A stretch of 64,000 nt of DNA from an uncultured cyanobacterium (GCA_963718615.1 OY970368.1:960001-1024000); one strand, 5' to 3'; positions 19,821 through 29,565 are shown, numbered from the stretch's first letter. Translations and numbers: made by a program. The notes: generated from the sequence alone by a model not told the origin.

Positions 19821-20801
19821 ATGGTGCACCACTCCCACGAGAGCCATCCCCACGCCCATCCCCCCGAGCAGCCCCCCCAACCTTCCCACCTAGGCATAGT
19901 TCGTCGCAAAGCGGTACGACGGGTGTTAGTTATTACGTTAGTCCTCAATTTAGCGGTGGTGTTGCTAAAAGGCTGGGTCGGATGGGTTACTGGCTCCCTC
20001 AGCATTATGGCCGACGCGCTCCACAGTGTGACCGACAGTATCAATAATGTTCTGGGTCTGGCAACCAATCAATTAGCGACCCCTGAGCCCGATCGCGAAC
20101 ATCCCTATGGTCACCAAAAATTTGAAGCGGTGGGAGCCCTGGGCATTGCGGCATTTCTCGGCATTGCCTGCTTTGAGATCTTGAAAACCGCAGTTTCGCG
20201 CCTGTTCACAGGGAGTAGCCCCCTAAATATCACAGCACCAGAACTATGGTTGTTGATCTTGGTCCTCGGAATTAATATTTTTGTGGCGTTCTACGAGCGC
20301 AGGGTGGGCAAACGCCTCGATAGCCCCATTCTGATCGCCGATGCCCACCACACCATGAGCGATGTCTGGATTACGATTACGGTGATTGTAGGGTTGCTAG
20401 GGGTATGGCTGCTAAAAATTCAGTGGCTGGATATGGTGCTGGCGTTTCCGGTGGCGGCCTTGGTGCTGTGGAGCGCTTGGGAGGTGTTGAAAATGAATTT
20501 GCCTTGGTTGGTGGATGAGATGGCGATCGCCCCCGAAGCCATCCACCAAACGGTCATGGAAGTACCTGGGGTCATGAATTGCCACAGCATCGCCTCGCGG
20601 GGCATGTTAGGACGGCAGGTGTTTGTGGAAATGCATTTGATTGTAGAGGCCCAGGATGTGGAGACGGCCCACAAGATTACGGAGGCGGTGGAGGCGAAAT
20701 TGAGCGATCGCTACCACCCCATTCGCCCAACGATTCACGTCGAACCCCCGGACTATGTTTCGGAGGAATTAACCTACACGCCGGACTCGCAGCATCCCTG
20801 A
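19821..20801 (+). CDS. Cation diffusion facilitator family transporter
   Basis: ADALHSVTD, PDREHPYGHQKFE, ADAHHTMSD, His-rich N-terminus. Confidence 0.92.
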   Translation: MVHHSHESHPHAHPPEQPPQPSHLGIVRRKAVRRVLVITLVLNLAVVLLKGWVGWVTGSLSIMADALHSVTDSINNVLGLATNQLATPEPDREHPYGHQKFEAVGALGIAAFLGIACFEILKTAVSRLFTGSSPLNITAPELWLLILVLGINIFVAFYERRVGKRLDSPILIADAHHTMSDVWITITVIVGLLGVWLLKIQWLDMVLAFPVAALVLWSAWEVLKMNLPWLVDEMAIAPEAIHQTVMEVPGVMNCHSIASRGMLGRQVFVEMHLIVEAQDVETAHKITEAVEAKLSDRYHPIRPTIHVEPPDYVSEELTYTPDSQHP

Positions 20802-20834
20802 ATCCAGGCTGGATTAAACCCCAAGACCTTCTCA

Positions 20835-21047
20835 GATTGATGAGCCGTTTTGGATGCCGGAGATGGGTTTGGGGCTCGGTCGGCGTGTTTTGTCCTTTGG
20901 GGGACTGGAACAGGAGGGGGTGAGCTGGTGGCAGCGGACAGCAGCTACTATCTCAACGCGGAGGAACTTGCCCAACAGGCAGAGTAAGACAAGGAACGGC
21001 TGGCGGCAAAATTGTGGGAATTGGGGGTTGATCCGGGCGAAATTTGA
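20835..21047 (+). pseudogene. Frameshifted 3' remnant of a Uma2 endonuclease gene
   Basis: gagccgttttggatgccggag...ggggttgatcc is homologous to about 22355-22613. Confidence 0.8.
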
Positions 21048-21434
21048 TCACCAAATGAGCTGAACAGGATACTGAGAGAATATTTGATCGGCACTAATCA
21101 GAGGCATTTCCTCCTGGCGGGCTTGAGAAATAATGAGCCGATCAAACGGATCGCGATGGTGCTGTTCTAATGCGCTCAGACCGTAAATGTGATGCGTTTC
21201 AATCGATAGCAATTGTAGTTGGTTGGTTTGTATTTCATCAGTGACTAGAGTTTCCAATGGGAGTGCGAGAGATAATTTACCAAGCTGCTGCTTGATTTGT
21301 ATTTCCCAGATGCTGACCTTACTCAGAAAAATTGAGTTTTCTCGGTTCTCTAGAATTCTACGCGCCTGCTCGGAAAGCCGTTCTGGACTGAGGCTGAGCC
21401 AGAGAAAAACGTGGGTGTCGATCAGGTAGTTCAC
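21048..21434 (-). CDS. VapC/PIN toxin
   Basis: YLIDTHVFLW, SIWEIQIK, HHRDPFDRLIISQA. Confidence 0.92.
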   Translation of the reverse strand: MNYLIDTHVFLWLSLSPERLSEQARRILENRENSIFLSKVSIWEIQIKQQLGKLSLALPLETLVTDEIQTNQLQLLSIETHHIYGLSALEQHHRDPFDRLIISQARQEEMPLISADQIFSQYPVQLIW

Positions 21435-21700
21435 ACATCCTCTCCAAACCAGAAGGAATCTGGGAGGGGATCGTTGAAGTCTGGGCTGATCGAACCCATG
21501 CCAGCGTGGAGACCCAGAACCCTTGGCGGTTGGGCAGTTGCAGGCTGAACTTTAGGGGGTAACGTCGAGGGTAATGACTGAAAGTGTTGATATTTATTGA
21601 GTAAGAACTCGATGAAATCAAGGACTTGTTTTTGCAGTGCGGGTGGAAGAAGGGACCATTTTTTCTGCATTTCGGCTGTTAGAGGGCTAATTTTTTCCAT
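21431..21700 (-). CDS. DUF2281-type antitoxin
   Basis: LPPALQKQVLDFIEFL...ISPDFNDPL; GTGA overlap with the toxin. Confidence 0.85.
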   Translation of the reverse strand: MEKISPLTAEMQKKWSLLPPALQKQVLDFIEFLLNKYQHFQSLPSTLPPKVQPATAQPPRVLGLHAGMGSISPDFNDPLPDSFWFGEDV

Positions 21701-21875
21701 AGCTTGCGCTTAAGGATAGAGACGGGGCATGTTCTCTCCATTTTAGCGGCAGCTTGAGGTGAGAAAGAAAGGTTGGATATTGACTGAATCGCTGAATAGG
21801 TGGCGATCGCTATGCCCCTAACCCATGTCGTATGCTTGAGGAGCACCCACGTATTTTGGGATAGACCCAGAAACT

Positions 21876-22613
21876 ATGCTTCAGGTTGATCCAAAACTCC
21901 AGTTGCCCTCCAGTACCGAGCTACCCTGCTCAGACGATATTCCTGTGGATAACGAAGACCAGAACCTGCTGCCAAATTACCTACTGTTTCTGCTGCAGCG
22001 CATTTGGGCCGATCGCCTCGACTGGTTTTTTGCGGTGGATATGGCGATTTATCACACCACCGGAGCAAACCCTAGGGTTCCCGTCGTGCCGGATGCGTTT
22101 TTGAGTTTGGGGGTCGATCGTAAGAAAAATGGCGAATCTCGCCTCAGCTATGTGATGTGGGAGGAGAATGAGACGCCGCCCGTGATGGTGCTGGAAATGG
22201 TTTCCCATACACCGGGCGGTGAGTACGACAGAAAGCTAGAAATTTACCGCAGGCTGGGGGTGCTCTACGTGGTGGTCTACAATCCCCGCTACTGGCAGCG
22301 AGAGCGGCATCAGCCTTTTGAGGTTTATAAGCTGATGGATGGAGCTTATCAGCTACAAATTGGTGAGCCGTTTTGGATGCCGGAAGTCGGCTTGGGGATT
22401 GGCAGGCATGTATTAACGCTGGGTGGGCTGGAGCAGGAAGGTTTGAGCTGGTTTGCTGTGGACGGGATCCCCTATCCCAGCGCCGAGCAACTGGCTCAGC
22501 AAGCCGAGCAACTGGCTCAGCAAGCCGAGCAACGGCAGCAGCAGGCGGAGCAGGATAGGGAGCGGCTGGCGGCAAAGCTTCGGGAGCTGGGGGTTGATCC
22601 AGACAGCGTGTGA
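21876..22613 (+). CDS. Uma2 family endonuclease
   Basis: LPCSDDIPVDNEDQ, VPDAFL, VLEMVS, LRELGVDP tail; 21-bp AEQLAQQ repeats. Confidence 0.92.
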   Translation: MLQVDPKLQLPSSTELPCSDDIPVDNEDQNLLPNYLLFLLQRIWADRLDWFFAVDMAIYHTTGANPRVPVVPDAFLSLGVDRKKNGESRLSYVMWEENETPPVMVLEMVSHTPGGEYDRKLEIYRRLGVLYVVVYNPRYWQRERHQPFEVYKLMDGAYQLQIGEPFWMPEVGLGIGRHVLTLGGLEQEGLSWFAVDGIPYPSAEQLAQQAEQLAQQAEQRQQQAEQDRERLAAKLRELGVDPDSV

Positions 22614-22677
22614 GACAGAAGTTGGGGAGCAGCGGGATACGCTAGGCTATTGAAAGCTCATCGTGGAGTGTTTTTCA

Positions 22678-23049
22678 ATGGCGCAAATTGTTCTAGAGTT
22701 GCCTGATAGCTTTGTGGAACAGGTGAGTCGTCTTTGTCCAAACCAGGATTTAGCTGGGGTTTTGGCAGACCGGCTGGTGAAACTATGGTCTTTGGGAGAG
22801 TTGTTGCCGGAGTCGTTGTCGGAAGTTTCGCTTCAGCAGTTGACGGATAGCGAGGTATTGGAGCTGGCTGAGCTGAAGATGGAGGCTGGGCAGAATCAGC
22901 GGTTGGGAGATCTACAGACAAAGGGAAAGACGCAGTCTCTGACGAAGCTTGAAAGCATTGAGCTGTTTGTTTTATTGCAGGTTTATCAGCTTGGACAGCT
23001 ACGCAAGTCTGAAGGATTAGCAGAGGCGTCACGGCGCGGAGGACGTTAA
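22678..23049 (+). CDS. Hypothetical antitoxin-like protein (type usually found upstream of an HNH nuclease)
   Basis: LQQLTDSEVL...RLGDLQ...GQLRKSEGLAEASRRG. Confidence 0.65.
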   Translation: MAQIVLELPDSFVEQVSRLCPNQDLAGVLADRLVKLWSLGELLPESLSEVSLQQLTDSEVLELAELKMEAGQNQRLGDLQTKGKTQSLTKLESIELFVLLQVYQLGQLRKSEGLAEASRRGGR

Positions 23050-23112
23050 ATTCACCGTTGGCGGTGACTGTGAGGCGGAATTGGGTAAAGGCGGGGTGGC
23101 ATCCACCAAACT
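23046..23112 (+). pseudogene. C-terminal remnant of an HNH endonuclease
   Basis: Translates LNSPLAVTVRRNWVKAGWHPP, the typical C-terminus of these HNH proteins. Confidence 0.6.
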
Positions 23113-23173
23113 TATCAGCTCAAAATAATAATTTAGAACTCTGAAGAGGCGGAAATTCCAAAACGGATAAGCT

Positions 23174-23293
23174 AGATATTGGTTGACTTGCGGGAATGTG
23201 ACGAATCGGGCTTTGCGTCAGCTTTTGGCGGAGACTTTTGCAGATGCCTTGCAACAGCTTGAGATCGGGGAAGAAATTGTGGAAATTGGGTAA
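23174..23293 (+). pseudogene. C-terminal remnant of a DUF5615 PIN-like toxin
   Basis: Translates WLTCGNVTNRALRQLLAETFADALQQLEIGEEIVEIG*. Confidence 0.6.
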
Positions 23294-23558
23294 GGTGGTG
23301 TGTGGCGGGTAGAGGCGGTGCGGCGTGGACTGTAAGGAAGCGTTGGCTGCATGAGTTTGTCAGAGTAAGGTCGATTTACGCATTTTCGACGTTTCAGCCG
23401 ATCTTGCCTTACAATTTGAAACCAAAGACTCTTAAAAAACAGGATTTTTTGAACGATTCTATAAGCTTTCAGGCGATATTTGGCTAGACCTGGCTTTTTC
23501 GGCAAGCTCTAAATAGCAAGAAATAGGATAGGTAGCGGGTACAGAGTATCGTCAAGAA

Positions 23559-23596
23559 AAAACTCCGCCTCTGACAACATCAGAAAGCGGAGTTTT
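23559..23596 (-). terminator. Rho-independent terminator downstream of pilA
   Basis: aaaactccgc...gcggagtttt stem with a T-run on the minus strand. Confidence 0.7.
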
Positions 23597-23774
23597 GGGT
23601 TCACACAATAATTAGCGTAGTTACAGAAACGCTAGTGTTAAAAGATTCAATTGAGTCAAAGCACCTACCTTTTGTGCAGTCGCAGATTTTTACTAGAAAA
23701 ACAAGCTGTTTGCGATATTAATCGTGCTTTACTCAATTGGCTAAGCTGATTTCGAACGGTATAGGGGCTTAAAC

Positions 23775-24395
23775 CTAGTTAACCGGATTATAGCCAGCAG
23801 GATCAGCCGCAAGATTGGGACATACGGGAGCACCAGCTCCAGCAGTGTATACAAACCCAAACGTGTCCGTGCCATCTGCACCAGTCTGCACAGGAGCCTT
23901 CACCGCTTCACAGAGAGTGGCAAGGGTAGTTGCTTCGCCAGTTCCGAGCTGAGTACCAATTTGGACACCACCTAGGTATGCTTTTAAGGAATCAGTTTTC
24001 GGCTGAGCCTGATTAGTGACACTTTTAAAGGTATCTGCTACTGTGCCCGCATCACCGTCCGCAACATTGTAGATGTAGTACTGGGTTGTTGTCTGAATAC
24101 CCAAGCCAAGAGCTCCAATCGCTTTATCATTAGTACCTATGGTTGTGATGCCAGGGGCTGCAAAGCTACCTTTTTCTAAGTAGTAAGCTTGCTGAGCACG
24201 GTTCATAGAACCTACATAGGTTTTGGCTTCAGACTGCTTTGCTTTGTTAGCCTGGTTTAGGAAGGAAGGCAGGGCAATGGCAGATAGAATACCAATGATG
24301 ATGATCACGACTAGCAACTCAATCAAGGTGAAACCACCTTCTTGGCGCTTTGCAACAACGTGCTGTAGAAACTTAGTCTTGAATTCAGCTTTCAT
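23775..24395 (-). CDS. pilA: Type IV major pilin
   Basis: G|FTLIELLVVIIIIGILSAIALPSFLNQANKAKQSEAK; C-terminal Cys pair. Confidence 0.93.
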   Translation of the reverse strand: MKAEFKTKFLQHVVAKRQEGGFTLIELLVVIIIIGILSAIALPSFLNQANKAKQSEAKTYVGSMNRAQQAYYLEKGSFAAPGITTIGTNDKAIGALGLGIQTTTQYYIYNVADGDAGTVADTFKSVTNQAQPKTDSLKAYLGGVQIGTQLGTGEATTLATLCEAVKAPVQTGADGTDTFGFVYTAGAGAPVCPNLAADPAGYNPVN

Positions 24396-24452
24396 TATGA
24401 TGTCTCTCCTAGAGGGGTTCGGTGCCGTCTATTGTCTAGCTCCTGAATACAA

Positions 24453-24459
24453 CTTACCC
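24453..24459 (-). promoter_or_regulatory. SigF-type promoter element (GGGTAAG) upstream of pilA
   Basis: GGGTAAG on the minus strand about 60 nt before the pilA start; matches the cyanobacterial SigF -12 motif. Confidence 0.65.
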
Positions 24460-24507
24460 AGAAGACATGGGTTTCATATCATTTAGCACAGAAGCTCTGT
24501 TTCTTCT

Positions 24508-25836
24508 TTAAGTGGATTGTTCTGCAAGCACATACCCTAACTCCATAAGGCGCTGCATCTCGACTTGAATAGCATCATGGGCTTCCTGATAAGTCGTGGG
24601 TGCTAGGGTTAGCAAATTAACCGGTTGAATTTTTCGCCACTGCTCTACTATTGCCGAAAACTCCGTTGGACCGTTAAATAGCTGGAGTAAGCAGGACGCG
24701 AGTAGGCCATTAACCAGGACGGGCGAGACGCTTTTGTCGCAAATTCTGTTAAGATCTGTCACTGTCATAGTGATTACCGATTCTGTCAAGTTTTGCTGTA
24801 GCTGCTCCGTTGCGATCTGTGGATGCAGAGCGATTCGCGAGCTTTGCCATTGTTCTGTTGTCCAATGTTCTAGAGGTATTGGATCTGCTGAATCGTCGGG
24901 GTGACCACACCAGAGATCCAGCAAGCGGTTGAATTTGGAGTTTAAAAGCTCATACATGTGGAGCTGTTCTTCTGGGCTAGCGCCTGCAAGGGCTATCGCA
25001 ACCCCAACCGGAACTTCTTCTAAGTCCTCGAACAAAGTGAGTAGGTTCCATCGTTCCCATTCGACCATACTGATGAATTCCAAGCCAGCTTTGCTCAGAG
25101 CTGAAAAAAATTGAGGGATAGTCCAGCCTTTGTCGCCCCTAAGAAGATGGTTAGCCAAAACGAGTCCGTCATCTGTTTGATAAGGTGGGCTCCAGGTCTG
25201 TGCCTTGATTGTCACCGCTGGCCTGAGTGCAGCCATGAACTCACGAAACAATGCAATCGAAGTTTCTCTGGATTCATCCATGATGCCGACCATCTGGGCG
25301 AATTCTTGAGCCTGATGATAAAGGTGACGTTGTAACGCGCTATGAAAATTGACTCGCAGCACTCCTGTTTTTTTTAAGACAGCACCCATGGTCTTGAGTC
25401 CTGCAATGGGGTCGGTAAGGAGATAAAGTACTTCATCACAATTAATGTAATCAAACTGCCTACCTAGCTGAGGTAAATTTGCCACGTCCATGACATGAAA
25501 TTCATAATTTTCAAAACCATAATGAGCAAGGCGTTTGCTTGCAAGATCAACAGATATTTCAGAGATGTCAATACCAACGATTCTTGCTCCAGGGTTGGCC
25601 GCAGCGAGAATTAAGGACTTATAACCACTTCCACAACCTACATCCAAAATGAGTTTGTCATGGGTAGAAATGATATGCTGGTTTTTCCGGTAATAACCTG
25701 TTACGAGACAATGGCTGTATAAGCGTTCTCTATCGTTGAGAGGAGATTGTTCCAAGGGAACATTGGGATAGGGGGCTTCATTAAATTGCTGGCGAATCTT
25801 TTCCAACATTTCTGAGGCGGCAATCATAGTACTCAT
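24508..25836 (-). CDS. Class I SAM-dependent methyltransferase
   Basis: ILDVGCGSG, GIDIS, FDYINCDEVLY. Confidence 0.88.
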   Translation of the reverse strand: MSTMIAASEMLEKIRQQFNEAPYPNVPLEQSPLNDRERLYSHCLVTGYYRKNQHIISTHDKLILDVGCGSGYKSLILAAANPGARIVGIDISEISVDLASKRLAHYGFENYEFHVMDVANLPQLGRQFDYINCDEVLYLLTDPIAGLKTMGAVLKKTGVLRVNFHSALQRHLYHQAQEFAQMVGIMDESRETSIALFREFMAALRPAVTIKAQTWSPPYQTDDGLVLANHLLRGDKGWTIPQFFSALSKAGLEFISMVEWERWNLLTLFEDLEEVPVGVAIALAGASPEEQLHMYELLNSKFNRLLDLWCGHPDDSADPIPLEHWTTEQWQSSRIALHPQIATEQLQQNLTESVITMTVTDLNRICDKSVSPVLVNGLLASCLLQLFNGPTEFSAIVEQWRKIQPVNLLTLAPTTYQEAHDAIQVEMQRLMELGYVLAEQST

Positions 25837-26082
25837 AAACTTTAGGGGGACTATATGCTGTAGGCGTTGTAAAAACAGCGTTACGAGTGAATATAAACTA
25901 CCCTCTACCTAGAGAAATACCGTAGAACTAACCTTTACTCCGATTGCAGAGACTCAAAGGACTCTGGGAGTGAGCAGGATTTTGTGTAAATCCCTAAAAA
26001 TCAACGAAAGAATCAAGATTTTAGGCGGGTCGTGCCCAATTTTGTGAACACTCCCCAGAGCCCAGCGTCCTGGATAGCCAAA

Positions 26083-26400
26083 ATATGTCTGCCAAAGACA
26101 TCAAAAAATCTCTAGCACTCGTGATTTTGTACCAAGACTTTCTGTTACAGAAATGGGAGGAGTTCAGAAATGCATAATCCCAACCCCCTCGCCCAAACCG
26201 TTACCTACAATCCCACCAACCTCAACATCATCGTCGGCTTTGGTGACGCTCGGCCCCCATCGAAATTAACCCCACGCTTGTCCCCGGCTGGCGCACCGTC
26301 ACCATCGACGACCTCAAAGCCGCCAAAATCGATCTTTACGGCGAGGCCATCACCCTTCCCTCCTATCCTGAGACCGAACTCTCCGTCCATTGGCTGAATC
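26083..26400 (+). pseudogene. Decayed DUF4160-DUF2442 TA copy
   Basis: Homologous to 27650-27960 (...QKWEEFRNA / MHNPNP...), 5' truncated and frameshifted. Confidence 0.85.
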
Positions 26401-26442
26401 TCAGGCTATGCATAACCCCAACTCGCATCAAACCATTCAGCC

Positions 26443-26548
26443 GTGCAGGCTGGGTGGCGCGAAGCAGAATCCGGCAAAGCCGTAGCTCAATGCAATATAG
26501 CTCAATACCCCTGCCTGTTGGGTTTCACTGCGTTTAACCCAACCTACG
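26443..26548. repeat. GTAG-family REP/REPIN-like inverted repeat
   Basis: caggctgggtggcgcgaagcag ... gttgggtttcactgcgtttaacccaacctac; related half-sites at about 27268 and 29543. Confidence 0.6.
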
Positions 26549-26773
26549 GCTGGTTTTGGGTTCAGGCTGACTGGCCGATCGCAACAACAAAACCTCCGCC
26601 ATCAGCTTTTGCAACAACGCCATCACCTCTGCCAACGTTGGCTGTGATGACCCTTGGCGAGACCGCTGGGCTAGCTCTGCCTCCCGTTCTTCTCGCTCTT
26701 GCCGCATCTCAGCGAGCTGCTCGCGAAGTGGCCCCGTACTTGGAATGATGTAGCTATCTTGAACGATCTCCAT
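26534..26773 (-). CDS. Small coiled-coil hypothetical protein
   Basis: MEIVQDSY... third gene of a coupled mini-operon. Confidence 0.45.
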   Translation of the reverse strand: MEIVQDSYIIPSTGPLREQLAEMRQEREEREAELAQRSRQGSSQPTLAEVMALLQKLMAEVLLLRSASQPEPKTSRRLG

Positions 26774-26984
26774 CTTGGTCCTCCAGCACCTGAATCCGCT
26801 TGAAAGCCGCCTTGTTTTCATCTAACAAAATTTGCAGCGTTTGGTTCAGCTCAGCAAAGCCCGCTCGCATCTCTGCCAGAATTTCTTCCTTGTCTGCATC
26901 CACAATCTCTTTCAAAATTTCCAAGCCACCTCGGAGCACCTCGGTGGTCTCGATGAGTTTGTCGATATCTTGGCGATCGCTCAC
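26754..26984 (-). CDS. Small coiled-coil hypothetical protein
   Basis: GTGA overlap with the upstream ORF; heptad pattern. Confidence 0.55.
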   Translation of the reverse strand: MSDRQDIDKLIETTEVLRGGLEILKEIVDADKEEILAEMRAGFAELNQTLQILLDENKAAFKRIQVLEDQDGDRSR

Positions 26985-27178
26985 TGCCCTGACAACTCAT
27001 CTAAGTTTTTGTCAACGATTTCCAACTGCTTCTTGAGCAGATACCTCAACTTTTGCGAATAACTCAGCTCGTTCCACATAACTGGGTCAATACCAGCCGC
27101 TTCCGGATACGCATCTATCTTGGCGAGCATGTCTGCAATGTCAATTTGGACTCTTTCCCTCGGTTTCTTTTGCGCCAT
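26981..27178 (-). CDS. Small putative ribbon-helix-helix-like DNA-binding protein
   Basis: MAQKKPRERVQIDI strand followed by two helices (LSYSQKLRYLL); identical copy at 29255-29452. Confidence 0.55.
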   Translation of the reverse strand: MAQKKPRERVQIDIADMLAKIDAYPEAAGIDPVMWNELSYSQKLRYLLKKQLEIVDKNLDELSGQ

Positions 27179-27494
27179 AAGTTTTCACTGACATTATTGA
27201 CATCGTAAACAGAATGGCAAGAAAAGGCAAACAATTTGCCAAATTTGACACCAACTTGCTCGGCCTCGTAGGCTGGGTGGCGCGCAGCAGAGCCTAGCAA
27301 AGCTCCGGTTCCACGCTGTCACCAGCGCGATCGACGATTCCAGAGCCACTAAAATAAAGTGACTCTCGTAGATAAGGAGAAAGCCCTGGGGTTGCAGAGT
27401 TCAAGGTTCAGCCCTCGTCACCATCGATGGCCTCAAAGCCTGCCAAAATAGAGTAGCTAGAACGCGGCGAGTAGAGGATTGGAGAGACACCTAG

Positions 27495-27740
27495 ATGCCA
27501 GTAATTGTTAGCGAACAAGGCTTTAGCGTCGTTCTGTACTTCAACGATCACGACCCTGCCCACGCGCATGTCAAAAAAGCAGGCGGCGAAGCCCGGATCT
27601 TTCTGGGAGACATAGACACAGAGCCAAGCCTATGGGACAGCGACGGGCTCTCCAACAAAGACGTTAAAAAGGCACTGGCAATTGTCATCTTGTTTCAAGA
27701 CCTGCTGCTCCAAAAATGGGAGGAATTTAGAAATGCATAA
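27495..27740 (+). CDS. DUF4160 family protein (TA component)
   Basis: YFNDHDPAHAHVKKAGGEARI...LLQKWEE. Confidence 0.85.
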   Translation: MPVIVSEQGFSVVLYFNDHDPAHAHVKKAGGEARIFLGDIDTEPSLWDSDGLSNKDVKKALAIVILFQDLLLQKWEEFRNA

Positions 27741-28002
27741 CCCCAACCCCCAGGCCAAGAGCGTCAGCTACAACCCCGAGAACCTCAACATTATCGTCGG
27801 TTTTGATGACGCACGCCCCCCCATCGAAATCAACCCGACGCTTGTCCCTGGCTGGCGTATCATCACGATCGACGATCTCAAAGCTGCCAAAATCGATCGC
27901 TACGGCGAAGCCATCACTGTTCCGTCCTATCCGGACACTGAACTCTCTGTCCATTGGCTGATCCGGCATTTTGGGAGCCAGACCCCAGCAGATTTACAAT
28001 AG
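27733..28002 (+). CDS. DUF2442-like protein (TA partner)
   Basis: Overlaps the DUF4160 stop; GEAITVPSYPDTELSV. Confidence 0.7.
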   Translation: MHNPNPQAKSVSYNPENLNIIVGFDDARPPIEINPTLVPGWRIITIDDLKAAKIDRYGEAITVPSYPDTELSVHWLIRHFGSQTPADLQ

Positions 28003-28062
28003 AGCGAGCCAAGCACCTAAAACCAGGGGCAGACATAGCAGTCGCAAACCACATCGCAAACC

Positions 28063-28353
28063 ATGCAAGCCTACAAATACACCGCCATCATTGATGCCAA
28101 TGGTCGCCTAGTTCTCGAAGAACCCCTTACACTCCCCGCTGGACAGATCCTCGAAATCGTAATCTGGATAAGTTCTGCGCCAATGCTCCATCCAGCTCCT
28201 CCATCGTCCTTACACCCCGAACCCATTGCTCGCCGCACCGTCCATTGCGACATCCCAATCCTGAAGGAATGGCTAGAACAAACCATTCCCCCGGCTGAGG
28301 TAGAGGCCGAACCAGCAAAATGGGAGTATCTGCGCTCCAAACATGGCCTATGA
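28063..28353 (+). CDS. Putative antitoxin
   Basis: IIDANGRLVL...KWEYLRSKHGL; ATGA overlap with the PIN gene. Confidence 0.65.
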   Translation: MQAYKYTAIIDANGRLVLEEPLTLPAGQILEIVIWISSAPMLHPAPPSSLHPEPIARRTVHCDIPILKEWLEQTIPPAEVEAEPAKWEYLRSKHGL

Positions 28354-28766
28354 AAATATTGGTAGATACAAATGTACTTTTAGACATTGCGTTAGAAAGA
28401 CAGCCTTTCTTTGCCGACAGCCTCCAAGTGCTCTCGCTGATTTTCCACAAGCAGTTGGAGGGATACCTATCGGCATCAACCGTCAGCGATCTCTACTACA
28501 TCATTCGCAGAAACAAAGGGCACGCACCATCCATCGACTTTATCCGACGCATCTTAACGTTCTGTCGGGTCGCAGTTGTCGATCAAGATGCCATCGAATC
28601 CGCGCTGGATTCCAACTTCGGTGACTTTGAAGATGCTATCCAACATAGCACCGCAATCATTAACCAGCTTGATTTAATCGTTACGCGAAATCCCAATGAC
28701 TATACGGATTCGACAATCCAAATTCTTACACCGATACAGTTGCTAGGAGAATTTCGCCGTGAGTAG
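28350..28766 (+). CDS. PIN domain toxin
   Basis: ILVDTNVLLD, DFEDAIQ, IVTRNPNDY. Confidence 0.9.
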   Translation: MKILVDTNVLLDIALERQPFFADSLQVLSLIFHKQLEGYLSASTVSDLYYIIRRNKGHAPSIDFIRRILTFCRVAVVDQDAIESALDSNFGDFEDAIQHSTAIINQLDLIVTRNPNDYTDSTIQILTPIQLLGEFRRE

Positions 28767-28777
28767 GCTGGCGTTGA

Positions 28778-28907
28778 ATGCAGAACTCTAACCCCCGAGC
28801 CCAAACCGTTACTGACAACCCCACCCTCGTTCCTGGCTGGCGTACCGTGACGGTCGATGAGCTCAAAGCCGCCACAATCGACCTGTAGGGCGAGGCGATT
28901 ACCCTCT
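28778..28907 (+). pseudogene. Internally deleted DUF2442 remnant
   Basis: atgcagaactctaacccc...cctggctggcgtaccgtgacggtcgatgagctcaaagccgcc with an in-frame stop. Confidence 0.75.
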
Positions 28908-29005
28908 GTACAATTCAGACAGAAAAGGGATTGAGAACCTTTAAACCCTGAATTGACTTGAAGTCATCTAACGTTGCGCGTCACTAACGTCAAATTGTAT
29001 TATGC

Positions 29006-29565
29006 ACTGGCCGATCGCAACAACAAAACCTCCGCCATCAGCTTTTGCAACAACGCCATCACCTCTGCCAACGTTGGCTGTGATGACCTTTGGCGAGACC
29101 GCTGGGCTAGCTCTGCCTCCCGTTCTTCTCGCTCTTACCGCATCTCAGCGAGCTGCTCGCGAAGTGGCCCCGTACTTGGAATGATGTAGCTATCTTGAAC
29201 AATCTCGGAGCGCCTCGGTGGTCTCGATGAGTTTGTCGATATCTTGGCGATCGCTCACTGCCCTGACAACTCATCTAAGTTTTTGTCAACGATTTCCAAC
29301 TGCTTCTTGAGCAGATACCTCAACTTTTGCGAATAACTCAGCTCGTTCCACATAACTGGGTCAATACCAGCCGCTTCCGGATACGCATCTATCTTGGCGA
29401 GCATGTCTGCAATGTCAATTTGGACTCTTTCCCTCGGTTTCTTTTGCGCCATAAGTTTTCACTGACATTATTGACATCGTAAACAGAATGGCAAGAAAAG
29501 GCAAACAATTTGCCAAATTTGACACCAACTTGCTCGGCCTCCTAGGCTGGGTGGCGCGAAGCAGA
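29006..29565 (-). repeat. Near-identical second copy of 26570-27291 with an internal deletion of about 160 bp
   Basis: Direct sequence identity; includes the ORF at 29255-29452. Confidence 0.92.

Noticed and set aside
28960-29005. attC-like ATCTAACgttgcgcgtcac
   Set aside because: Only a left-arm-like motif, with no matching L'/R' arm or cassette partner.
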